Assembly (NCBI GenBank): GCA_027531255.1
Contig: JAPZRU010000004.1
Coordinates: 44,381-108,380 of the forward strand
Length of the DNA stretch: 64,000 bases
Source of the DNA: Steroidobacteraceae bacterium
Lineage (GTDB): Bacteria; Pseudomonadota; Gammaproteobacteria; Steroidobacterales; Steroidobacteraceae
Direction: 5' to 3'
Shown one piece after another: positions 19,357 through 28,009 of the stretch; the stretch's first letter is position 1, and each line of letters begins with the position of its first letter. The notes under the pieces are model-generated. The model was not told the DNA's origin and did no database searches. It was given only the letters and a program-made list of their open reading frames with translations. Made by a program: the position numbers and the translations under genes.

Positions 19357-20700
19357 TCATGCGTGCAGCTTCAGGAACTCGACCGTCTTAAGGAACGCGT
19401 CGGACTGGGCCTTGGCATTGAGCCCGGGCACGCCGCCGATGCTGACCGCGAAGCCCATCGGGTTGACCTCGGTTCGATCGGCGCGACCCGAGACCAGCAT
19501 CGGGTTGATGAGGAGGTGACCCGCACCCGCGTACTCCAGATGCTCAACGGGGTAGGCGAATCCCTTTGCGTGCAATCGATCCACGAGTCTCTGCGATGCG
19601 ATGCTGCAGGGCCACATTGCGTCCGCGGTTCCGGACACGAGCAGGATGGGAGCCTCGATCCTCTCGACCTGGATCCACCTCGGGTCGTCGAAGTCGTGAG
19701 CGGCCATGTGGTGGAGGAAATTCTGACGAACTTCCTTCGACCCGGCCCAGAGGCCACTGTCGCGTAGGCCATAGTTCTCGAAGCCCACGTAGGGCAGCGG
19801 CTTGCCGTCGAGCAGCCAGCCGGGCACCGACGACCACGTCGAGAAGTCGAAACCCGAGAAGACCATGTTGCTCGGCACCTCCGCCACCACCGCAGAGACC
19901 TGATCCGGAAACAGCGAAGCGATCAGCAGAACCGCCTCTCCGCCGCGCGATGCGCCGAGGACCGCCACCTTCCGTTCTCCGTACCGCTGCCCGAGCCAAC
20001 GCATGGCCCGGCTGAAGTACTCCATCGGAATCTCGCGGTGGTGGTCCGGCCTGCCGGGGTAGTTGAACCACGCGACCGCGAACGACGTGATGCCGTATGA
20101 AGCCAGCAAGGAGGCCTTGGTCTCCCACGCGCCACCGGAGGAGCCGGCGACGACGAGCGCAAGCGGATGAGGGCCTTCGCCTGGCGCTTCGAACAGAACG
20201 CCACGAACTTCACCGTCCGAGACCAGCGTGCGCTCGACGCGTTTCCCGACCAGGCGAACGGTCTGTATGGCCTCGAGGACCGCTGGGTGGGCCTCCGCCA
20301 GATCGCCAGTGATGCGCGCGCGGATCGCGACGTCCACGGGCTTCAGGCGCATCTCGGAACTGGCGTCGAAGGCATCGAAGTCGGGGTAGCGACGAGGGCT
20401 GTCGATCTCGTCCATGCTTGGCCCCGCGGCATCCAGTTCCAGCAGGGTCGCGGGCTGCATCGACCAGAACAGTGCCTCGCCATCCAAGCCGCGGTAAGTG
20501 CCGGCCAGGGACGCCGAGCGCGACGGATCGACGGATCCGGTCGAGTCCGCGAAGTACACGCCTCGCGACGACCAGGCCTGGCCACCGCGGTCGGTGAGAG
20601 TCGCCTCGAGCGTGATCTCCGCTCCCGGAGGCGCACCAAGCAGAACGATCCGCGAGGGATCCATGAGCAGTCGCTCGGTCGGCGCTACATGCAATCTCAT
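19357..20700 (-). CDS. BAAT/acyl-CoA thioester hydrolase family protein (paralog 1, divergent, visibly lower GC)
   Basis: 447 aa with VVAGSSGG, YGITSFAVAWFNYPG, IPMEYFSRAMRWL, the VAVLGASRGGE nucleophile elbow and PILLVSGTADAMWP. Same architecture as 20713..22047 and 24764..26095. Confidence 0.7.
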   Translation of the reverse strand: MRLHVAPTERLLMDPSRIVLLGAPPGAEITLEATLTDRGGQAWSSRGVYFADSTGSVDPSRSASLAGTYRGLDGEALFWSMQPATLLELDAAGPSMDEIDSPRRYPDFDAFDASSEMRLKPVDVAIRARITGDLAEAHPAVLEAIQTVRLVGKRVERTLVSDGEVRGVLFEAPGEGPHPLALVVAGSSGGAWETKASLLASYGITSFAVAWFNYPGRPDHHREIPMEYFSRAMRWLGQRYGERKVAVLGASRGGEAVLLIASLFPDQVSAVVAEVPSNMVFSGFDFSTWSSVPGWLLDGKPLPYVGFENYGLRDSGLWAGSKEVRQNFLHHMAAHDFDDPRWIQVERIEAPILLVSGTADAMWPCSIASQRLVDRLHAKGFAYPVEHLEYAGAGHLLINPMLVSGRADRTEVNPMGFAVSIGGVPGLNAKAQSDAFLKTVEFLKLHA

Positions 20701-20712
20701 TGCCTTCCTCGT

Positions 20713-22047
20713 TCAGTCGAAGACCCGGGCGTAGTGTGCGACCATCGACTCCCACATGAGGCGACTGCTGCGCGCAGTTCCCTGCGGCGTGCCGCCGCAC
20801 GCGAGGAACACCTTTCCTAGGGAGTGGTAGACAGTCTGCGTGAAGCTGGTGACCGCGTTCGGAAGCGGCGTCCAGTGTCCCGTCTCAGGGAGGGCCAGGT
20901 GGCGATACGGATGCGGATGGCCCTTCGCGCGCAGGCGATTGACGACCAGGTCCGACCCCCACGCACACGGCCACATCTGGTCGTCCACGCCGGAGACGAG
21001 CAGCAGCGGCCCGCGCGTGCGCTCGATCGGGAATGCCGCGTGCTCGCGGACCTCGGGTCGATCGAGGTCGGCGCGGTAGTAGGGCGTTGCGGCGTAGCCG
21101 AGCGGCTGGCCTTCGGCCAGCCGGCGCATGTCGTCCAGCGACAGCGGGTTCTGCGGCTCCGCCCACGGAATCTCGCGGCCCTCGAAGGTCCAGCTCGGCC
21201 CGCCGACACCCTTGCCATCCGGGTCCCAGCCCGCGCTCGAGGCGTACATCGGCACGATGGCGATCGCGCCGTCCACGTACTGCGGCAGGTAGGACGCGAG
21301 CGCGACCGTCAGCTCGCCGCCGCGCGATGCGCCCTGCACGGCCGTGCGCCGGGCGCCGAACTCGCGGCGCATCCACTCGAAGCCTTCCGCGAAGTATTCG
21401 AGGGGCAGCCGCGAGATCGTCGTCGGCAGGTCTTCGTAGGCGAAGTAGGCGAGGCTCAGGACGTCGTAACCGAGAGAGGCCAGCACCGGCGCGTAGCTCG
21501 TTTCGACGCCGCCGCCCGATCCGGTCAGGCTCATGATCGCGCCCCGCGCGCGCGAGCGGTCGCGCTGGCGGAACGCGAGGCCGCGCAGGCGGCCGCTGCG
21601 TACCGGCTCCACGGCGATGCCTTCCGCCAGACGGCGCAGCACGAGCGTCGCTTCCGCGCGAAGTTCGCGTTCCCCTGCGGCGAAGATCGAGAATCGCAGC
21701 GGCTCGAACGGGTCGACGGCGGGGCGCCCGGCGGTGTGCATCACGTGCCGCGCCTCGATCTGGAAGCGCCGGTCGATGCCGCAGGGCGGCTGCAGGGACC
21801 AGAGCAGGCCGGCGGCGTCCGTGCCCGTGTAGGTGCCGGCCTCGCTCGGTGCGCTGGCGACGTCGATCACGCCGTCGGCGTCCGCGACGAACTCGGCCCG
21901 TGCCGACCACGCGACGTCGAGTTCGTCCGTGAGATGCGATGAGATCGTCACGCGCGAGCCGGGCGGGAATCCGCTGGCGCGGATGCCGATGGGCGTCGGG
22001 AGCAGCGCGTCGCCGGGTGTGACGAGCAGCTTCGGTGCGGTGCTCAT
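20713..22047 (-). CDS. BAAT/acyl-CoA thioester hydrolase family protein (paralog 2)
   Basis: 444 aa with SLTGSGGGVE, LGYDVLSLAYF, PLEYFAEGFEW, AVQGASRGGELT and LLLVSGVDDQMWPC. Shares long identical runs with paralog 3. Confidence 0.75.
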   Translation of the reverse strand: MSTAPKLLVTPGDALLPTPIGIRASGFPPGSRVTISSHLTDELDVAWSARAEFVADADGVIDVASAPSEAGTYTGTDAAGLLWSLQPPCGIDRRFQIEARHVMHTAGRPAVDPFEPLRFSIFAAGERELRAEATLVLRRLAEGIAVEPVRSGRLRGLAFRQRDRSRARGAIMSLTGSGGGVETSYAPVLASLGYDVLSLAYFAYEDLPTTISRLPLEYFAEGFEWMRREFGARRTAVQGASRGGELTVALASYLPQYVDGAIAIVPMYASSAGWDPDGKGVGGPSWTFEGREIPWAEPQNPLSLDDMRRLAEGQPLGYAATPYYRADLDRPEVREHAAFPIERTRGPLLLVSGVDDQMWPCAWGSDLVVNRLRAKGHPHPYRHLALPETGHWTPLPNAVTSFTQTVYHSLGKVFLACGGTPQGTARSSRLMWESMVAHYARVFD

Positions 22048-22062
22048 GCGGAACTCCTCGGC

Positions 22063-22956
22063 TCAGCCGGCGGGTCGATTCAGCCAGCGCAGTCCGCGGC
22101 TGACGGCCTGCATCACTTCGCTCGAGTGCGTGTCTCCGGCCAGTTCCGCCGCCAACACCCGGCAGCCCGGACGACGGCCGACGAGTTCGGCCAGTCGTCG
22201 CGTATCTTCCAGGATGTTCGGGAAGCCGCCGAGGCAGGCCACGTACTCCTGCCACTCCGGCTGGTGCATATACTGCGCCCACTGTTGACGGAACGAATCC
22301 GCCGTCTCGAACTCGCCGGCAGCGACGTAGAAGTCGACCTCGACGGGCTCCGTCGCGCGGCCGAACGACTCCGCGCGCTCGAACATCGACGGGCGGCGCC
22401 ACCAGAACGAGGAACCGACTGCGAGGTAGCGGCGGAACGCGGCGGGCGAGGAGAGCAGCGCGTGCGTGGCGAACAGCCCGCCGAGCGAGTGGCCGACCAG
22501 CGTCCAAGTGCGCGGGTCGATTCCGAACTCACCTTCCAGCGCCGGCTTCAGTTCTTCGGTGAGCACGGCGAGGAACGCATCCGCGCGCCCCGATGGCGGG
22601 CACGCGAGCCCGCCGAGGACCTTGCCGTAGAGCCGATCCCACTCGGGCCACGGCAGCGGCGTCAGGTCCTCGTTGCGCGCAACCAGGAACGGCACGGGCG
22701 CGTCCAGCGGGTAGCCGACGGAAACCGCGACCGACGGCGGCAGTTCGCCGCCCATCTCGAGGTAAGTCGTCGCGTGGTGCAGCAGGCCCGCACTGGAGTT
22801 GCCGTCGAGCATCAGCGTGCCGGCGATCGGGCCCTCGGGCCGACGCATCGGCGACGTCACGGTGAGCAGCAGCGGGCGCGAGATGCGCTCCGGCTGCACG
22901 GTCCAGACTTCGGTCCTGAGCAGCGTATTGCTCGGCTCGCGACTGATGATCTTCAT
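22063..22956 (-). CDS. alpha/beta-hydrolase, esterase family (IroE/enterochelin-esterase-like fold)
   Basis: 297 aa with the nucleophile elbow LVGHSLGGLFA and a late His (GDTHSS). Its start overlaps the amidohydrolase stop as ATGA. Confidence 0.6.
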   Translation of the reverse strand: MKIISREPSNTLLRTEVWTVQPERISRPLLLTVTSPMRRPEGPIAGTLMLDGNSSAGLLHHATTYLEMGGELPPSVAVSVGYPLDAPVPFLVARNEDLTPLPWPEWDRLYGKVLGGLACPPSGRADAFLAVLTEELKPALEGEFGIDPRTWTLVGHSLGGLFATHALLSSPAAFRRYLAVGSSFWWRRPSMFERAESFGRATEPVEVDFYVAAGEFETADSFRQQWAQYMHQPEWQEYVACLGGFPNILEDTRRLAELVGRRPGCRVLAAELAGDTHSSEVMQAVSRGLRWLNRPAG

Positions 22957-24497
22957 TCGCTCTTCACTCCTTCGCCCCAGCCCCCCTCCGCGATCGTCGG
23001 CTCCGGCATCGCGTCGTAGGCGGCTAGCACGCGCGCGAGTCCCCTGTCGATGGCCGGCCTGCGCAGCAGGGTCCGGCCGGTGAGCACGGTGTGAACGCCG
23101 CGCGTCGCGCGGATGTCGGCGAGCGGATCGCCGTCGACGAGCACGAGATCGGCCTTGCCGCCGACCGCGACGGTGCCGTCCGCCGCGCCCTCGCCGTGGT
23201 ACTCCGCGGCGCGGCGCGTGCTTGCGTGCAGCACATCGGCCGGCGTCATCCCGCAGTGCTCGACGAGATCCTGCAGTTCCTCGTGCAGGCTGAAGCCCTC
23301 GACCACGTGCGGGTTCGGCACGTCGGTGCCGGTGAGGACGCGCACGCCCGCGGCGGTCATCGCGCGGACCGCCCTACCGGTGAGTTCGTAGCTGTTCTCC
23401 GAGAACTTCTTGCGGCTCGAGTCCGCGCGAATCATGCCGATCAGCGGGCTGTCGTCCCGCCAGAGCGTGCGTTGCAAGCGGCTCATGTAACGCGCGTCCG
23501 GCGACTTAAGCGGTTTGCCGTCCATCAGCCACTCGACGCGGTTGGTCACGGCTACCGTCGCCTGGATCCACGTGCCCGAATCCGCGAGCAGTCGGGCCAG
23601 CCGCTCGAGCCGCGCCTCGTCGTAGCGCGACGGTCCGACCTCGTTGAAGAACAGCTCCGCCGCGTGTGCGATGCCCTGCTGGCCGCGGGCGACGCCGCCC
23701 TCGATGCCGACGTCCTTCGGTACGTGGCCCATCACGCGGATGCCGTTCCGGTGGCAGGTCTCCATCAGTGCGTCGTACGCGGCGGGCGGGAGGTTCGTGT
23801 ACGGCTTCGCGAACTCGTAGCCGAGTTCCGCGATCAACTCGCCGGCGCGGCGCCCGCCGGCGGCGTCCATCGCGATGTAGCTCATCAGCGGCGACTGTAG
23901 CGGCGGCCAGCCGTCGATCAACGGGCTGCCGACGCTCACCTTCGGGCCGACGAGCGAGCCACTCCTGACCGACTCGCGCATCCATAGCGTGTCCGGGCAG
24001 CCGGCCATGACCTCGACGCGCGTGATGCCGTTGGCGAGGAACAGGAACAGCAGCAGATCGTACGGGAGCAGGTACTGGGAACCGTCGCCGGCGTCCTTCA
24101 GCATGACGCTCATCGAAGCCGCCCAGCCGGACACGAACAGGTGGACGTGGATGTCCGACAGGCCCGGCATCAGCGTCCTGCCTGCGGCATCCACGAGCAC
24201 CGCGTCCGCGGGCAGCGGCTGCCCGGTCGGCTGCACCGAGACGATACGGCCGTCGCGGGTCACGACGTCGTGATGCGGCAGCACCGCGCCATTCACCATC
24301 GTCAGCACGCGTGCGTCGCGGACCACCACCGCGCGGCCCGGATCGACGGAGTCGTAGAGGTCCTGCGTGGCGCTGCGATCGGCGTTGCAGAAGCGGCTGG
24401 GCTGCTTCGGCGTGGCGTCGGCGAAGGACTCGGGCGCACCGACCTGCATCCGCGCCGGCTCGCGCTGCGCGGCGAACGCACCCATGACGGCGTGCAT
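22953..24497 (-). CDS. metal-dependent amidohydrolase family protein (paralog 3, intact)
   Basis: From ORF 22953..24629. Contains PGLSDIHVHL, GITRVEVM, VMGHVP, GTDVPNP and ADLVLVDGDPLADI. Start uncertain (ATGs at 24629, 24614, 24497, 24485, 24449). GC3 bias becomes coding-like only from about 24497. Confidence 0.75.
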   Translation of the reverse strand: MHAVMGAFAAQREPARMQVGAPESFADATPKQPSRFCNADRSATQDLYDSVDPGRAVVVRDARVLTMVNGAVLPHHDVVTRDGRIVSVQPTGQPLPADAVLVDAAGRTLMPGLSDIHVHLFVSGWAASMSVMLKDAGDGSQYLLPYDLLLFLFLANGITRVEVMAGCPDTLWMRESVRSGSLVGPKVSVGSPLIDGWPPLQSPLMSYIAMDAAGGRRAGELIAELGYEFAKPYTNLPPAAYDALMETCHRNGIRVMGHVPKDVGIEGGVARGQQGIAHAAELFFNEVGPSRYDEARLERLARLLADSGTWIQATVAVTNRVEWLMDGKPLKSPDARYMSRLQRTLWRDDSPLIGMIRADSSRKKFSENSYELTGRAVRAMTAAGVRVLTGTDVPNPHVVEGFSLHEELQDLVEHCGMTPADVLHASTRRAAEYHGEGAADGTVAVGGKADLVLVDGDPLADIRATRGVHTVLTGRTLLRRPAIDRGLARVLAAYDAMPEPTIAEGGWGEGVKSE

Positions 24498-24709
24498 GGG
24501 GCAGCAGTACCCGCCCCGGTGGAGACCGGCGTCAGGTCGAGCACTGCGAAGCGGGGAGAGCCTGGGTGCGGGGCCGGTCGCCGGTCGAAGGGTCGAATCC
24601 GGTCTGATCGCCATGGCTGCTCCTCGCATCGACGGAAAGGCGTGGCCGGAGGTGCGGCGCCGGCGCGTGCCCGAGCCGGGCGACCCGCCTCCCTACTGTC
24701 CCGGAAGAG

Positions 24710-24723
24710 TATACGCACGTATA
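24710..24723. promoter_or_regulatory. palindromic operator candidate TATACGCACGTATA (site B)
   Basis: Perfect TATACG-N2-CGTATA about 40 bp upstream of the ATG at 24764, in the divergent region shared with the 22953..24497 operon. Context is CCGGAAGAGTATACGCACGTATAGTCC. Confidence 0.55.
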
Positions 24724-24763
24724 GTCCAAAAGCCATCCCGATGCCAGCTGTCCGGAGCCCCCC

Positions 24764-26095
24764 ATGGCAACGCCGTTCGCCGTCCGCCTGGACCCTGCCG
24801 ACACCCTTCAGACGGAGCCCGTGTCCATTCGCGTGGAAGGGTGCCGTCCGGGAGAACGCCTGCGGCTCGCGTCGCGACTGCTCGACGACCTCGGCGTCGC
24901 GTGGACCGCGCACGGCGACCACGTCGCCGACGCGTCGGGCACGGTGGACACCGCGTCGGCACCCAGCGAGGGCGGCACCTACGTCGGGCTCGAGCCCGCG
25001 GGGCTGCTGTGGTCGCTGCAGCCGCCCGGCGGCACCGGGCGCCAGTTCCTGATGAATGCCACGGAGCGCGCGCACAAGCTCGGCCTGCCCGCCTGCGACC
25101 CCGTGAAGCCGCTCCGCATCGAGATCGCCGCCGAGCGTCCGGACGGCAGCCGTGCGACCGCGGAACTCTGCCTGCGCCGGCTCGCGCCGGGCATCGAGGT
25201 GCAACCGCTGCGCGACGGCCGGCTGCGCGGCACCGTGTTCCGCTGGACGGATCGCTCCCGCTCACGGGGCGCGATCGTCAGTCTCACCGGCTCGGGCGGC
25301 GGCGTCGAGATGGGCTACGCGCCGCTGCTGGCGTCGCTCGGCTACGACGTGGTGAGCCTCGCGTACTTCAACCACGAAGACCTGTCGCCGATGCTCGCGA
25401 ACATCCCGCTCGAGTACTTCGCGGAGGGCTTCGAGTGGCTGCGGCGCGAACTCGGCGCGCGGCGCATCGCCGTGCAGGGCGCCTCGCGCGGCGGCGAGCT
25501 GACGCTGGTGCTGGCCGCGCACTTCCCCGAGTACGTGAACGGCGGTGTCGCGATCGTGCCGATGTACGCGACGAGCCCCGGCTGGAACCACGCCACCGGC
25601 GAGATCACCGCGAGCTGGACGTTGAACGGCGCGCCGATTCCCTACGTCACCGGCCGCGCCACGCCGCCGGACGAGATCCGGCGCATCGCGGACCTGCAGC
25701 CGCACGGCTACCCGATGGCCGACGACTTCCGGGTCGCCCTGGAGCCCCTCGAGGTGCGCGAGCGCGCTGCGATTCCCGTCGAGCGCGTCAGCGGCCCGCT
25801 GCTGCTGATCTCCGGCGTCGAGGACCAGATGTGGCACTGCGAGTGGGGCTCGGACGTCGTCGTGAACCGGCTGCGCGCGAAGGGCTTCGCGCACCCGGTG
25901 CGCCACCTCGCGCTTCCCGAGACGGGGCACATCACGCCGCTGCCGAACACCGTGACTTCGTTCGCGCCTTCGGTCTACCACTCGCTCGCGCACATGCTGC
26001 TCGCCTGCGGCGGCACGCCCCGCGGCGCGGCGCGCGCGAGCTGGACGATGTGGCAGGCGATGAAGGACCACTACCGGCTGGTGTTCGGCGGGTGA
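24764..26095 (+). CDS. BAAT/acyl-CoA thioester hydrolase family protein (paralog 3)
   Basis: 443 aa with SLTGSGGGVE, LGYDVVSLAYF, PLEYFAEGFEW, AVQGASRGGELT and LLLISGVEDQMWHC. Confidence 0.75.
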   Translation: MATPFAVRLDPADTLQTEPVSIRVEGCRPGERLRLASRLLDDLGVAWTAHGDHVADASGTVDTASAPSEGGTYVGLEPAGLLWSLQPPGGTGRQFLMNATERAHKLGLPACDPVKPLRIEIAAERPDGSRATAELCLRRLAPGIEVQPLRDGRLRGTVFRWTDRSRSRGAIVSLTGSGGGVEMGYAPLLASLGYDVVSLAYFNHEDLSPMLANIPLEYFAEGFEWLRRELGARRIAVQGASRGGELTLVLAAHFPEYVNGGVAIVPMYATSPGWNHATGEITASWTLNGAPIPYVTGRATPPDEIRRIADLQPHGYPMADDFRVALEPLEVRERAAIPVERVSGPLLLISGVEDQMWHCEWGSDVVVNRLRAKGFAHPVRHLALPETGHITPLPNTVTSFAPSVYHSLAHMLLACGGTPRGAARASWTMWQAMKDHYRLVFGG

Positions 26096-26098
26096 GGG

Positions 26099-26608
26099 GA
26101 TGGCCGACTGCGCCGCGCAGTGGCCGCGAGCGAGCGCATCCTGATCGCCGCGTCGTGCTCCAAGGCCTTCGGCTTGTACCGCGAGCGCGTCGGCGTGCTG
26201 CTGGCGGTGACGCCGTCGGCCGACGAGGCGCGCAAGGTGCAGGGCAACCTCGAGAAGCTGAGCCGCAACCTGGTCTCGATGGCGCCGTCGCACGGCGCGG
26301 CCGTGGTCGCCACCGTGCTCAGCGACGCGGAGTTGCGGCGCCAGTGGCGTGGCGAGCTCGAGTCGATGCACGCGCGGCTGCTCGAACTCCGGGGCCGCCT
26401 CGCTCGCAGCGGCCTGCCCGCGCTCGACGGCGTCGCGGATCGCCGCGGATTGTTCTCGATGCTGCCGCTCACGCCCGAGGCCGTCGACCGGCTGGCCGCC
26501 GAGCACGCGGTGTACCTGCCGCGCTCCGGCAGGATCAACGTCGCGGGCCTGCGCGCCGAGGACGTGGAGCGCTTCGCGAACGCCGTGCGCGCGATCGCCG
26601 AAGGCTGA
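26099..26608 (+). pseudogene. 5'-truncated AspC/TyrB-type aminotransferase relic (C-terminal ~165 aa only)
   Basis: Translation reads ...ERILIAASCSKAFGLYRERVGVLL...APSHGAAVVATVLSD...GLFSMLPLTPEAVDRLAAEHAVYLPRSGRINVAGL..., collinear with the C-terminal 40% of AspC/TyrB including the PLP lysine (SKAFG). The N-terminal ~230 aa are absent. Starts 1 codon after the BAAT stop, in the same frame. Confidence 0.75.
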
Positions 26609-26614
26609 GGCGGG

Positions 26615-26634
26615 GGCGCGGCGTCGGCCGCGCC
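26615..26634. terminator. GC hairpin GGCGCGGC-gtcg-GCCGCGCC between convergent genes
   Basis: Perfect 8-bp stem read from the sequence, with no clear U-tract. Confidence 0.3.
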
Positions 26635-26660
26635 GCGGCGGGTCGGGCTGCCTCGGCTCG

Positions 26661-27758
26661 TCAGGCCGTGCGCAGCCAGTGCAGGCCGCCCACGGCGACC
26701 GCACCGACCGCCACGGCCGCGAACAGCGCGAGCAGCCAGGGCCGCGCGCCGAGTTCGGCGAAGGCCCGGAAGCGCACGCGCAGCCCGAGCGCCGCCATCG
26801 CCAGCAGCAACGCCCACTCCGAGGCGGTCGCGGCGAGGTCGAGGAACGCGCGCCACGCCGACGCCGTGAACACGCCGAGCGGCCGCCCGGGCGTCAGCTC
26901 GGCCACGGACCGCACCGCACACGCGGCGACGAACAGCACGACGAACGCCGGCACGAGCGGCGGTCGCGCGGCGGACGGCGCGCCCCCTGCCGCGATCGCC
27001 TCGCGGCGCAGCGCGAACGCCGCGAGCGGGATCACCGCTGCCATGAACAGGTTGCGCATCAGCTTCGTCACGGTCGCCGCCTCGAGCGCCTCCGGCGAGT
27101 CGTACGCACCCGCGTAGGCGAGGGCGGCGCCGGCCACCTGCGAGGTGTCGTGGATCGCGGCACCGAGGAAGATGCCGGCCGCCACGGGATCGCCGGCGAA
27201 CAGCACGTGCGCGAGCAGCGGGTGCACGAGCAGAGCGGTCATGCCGAACAGCGTGATGCACGCGACCGCGTAGCCGATCTCCGCCTCGCGCGCCCGGATC
27301 AGCGGTGCGGTCGCGGCGATCGCGGTGATGCCGCAGATCCCGGTGCCGACGGCGATCAGCGCCGCGAGCCGGCGCTCGAGGCCGAGCAGCCGGCCGGCGG
27401 CGGTTACGAGCACCAGCGCCGTGGCCACGCAGACCACCACGACCGGCAGTGCGGCGAGTGCGACCTCGGAGGCCGTGGCGAGGCTGAGATTCAGGCCGAG
27501 CAGGACGATGCCCAGCCGCAGCACGGGCCCGCTGAAGAACGTCGTCGCGGGCATGGCGGCGTCCGCGGCGGCTGCGCGCAGCGTCGCGACGGCCATGCCG
27601 AACACAATCGAGGGGACGACCGGGCTGAGGGGGCTCGTGGCGTAGCCGAGCAGTTGCCCGACGCCGGCGGACAAGAGCCGGCCCGCGAGGGCAGCGCCGG
27701 CGACGAGGGCCGCGCCGAGCAGCAGCGGTGGGACCTGCGGTGCCGAAGGCTCGCGCAC
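26661..27758 (-). CDS. YeiH/UPF0324 family putative sulfate-exporter-type membrane protein
   Basis: From ORF 26661..28007. Polytopic hydrophobic protein with GTGICGITAIAATAP and AIHDTSQV motifs. Start assigned to GTG 27756-27758; the exact start is uncertain. Confidence 0.6.
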   Translation of the reverse strand: MREPSAPQVPPLLLGAALVAGAALAGRLLSAGVGQLLGYATSPLSPVVPSIVFGMAVATLRAAAADAAMPATTFFSGPVLRLGIVLLGLNLSLATASEVALAALPVVVVCVATALVLVTAAGRLLGLERRLAALIAVGTGICGITAIAATAPLIRAREAEIGYAVACITLFGMTALLVHPLLAHVLFAGDPVAAGIFLGAAIHDTSQVAGAALAYAGAYDSPEALEAATVTKLMRNLFMAAVIPLAAFALRREAIAAGGAPSAARPPLVPAFVVLFVAACAVRSVAELTPGRPLGVFTASAWRAFLDLAATASEWALLLAMAALGLRVRFRAFAELGARPWLLALFAAVAVGAVAVGGLHWLRTA

Positions 27759-28009
27759 GCGCAGGCGATCGAGGAAGCGGTGCGACGATCCGCGCCGGGG
27801 CTCAGCCGCGCGTCGCGGGCTCGGCCACCGTGGCAGCGTCCGGGCGCGGCGCGGCCGCCAGGCGCGAGCGTCTGGGCCCTCGGGACTCCAGCGCGAGCGC
27901 CCAGGCGTTCGGCGCCTGCGACCAACGGACATCCGGGCGCGACGAACGGATCGCGCGAGCGCCGCGTACCGTCTAGCCTCGCGGGACCCCAGCCCTACGG
28001 AACGCACCG

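Noticed and set aside
26093-26122. A BAAT-aminotransferase fusion protein produced by read-through of the TGA at 26093.
   Set aside because: The BAAT paralog at 20713..22047 ends at the equivalent position, so the stop is native. The in-frame arrangement with the relic is most simply coincidental.
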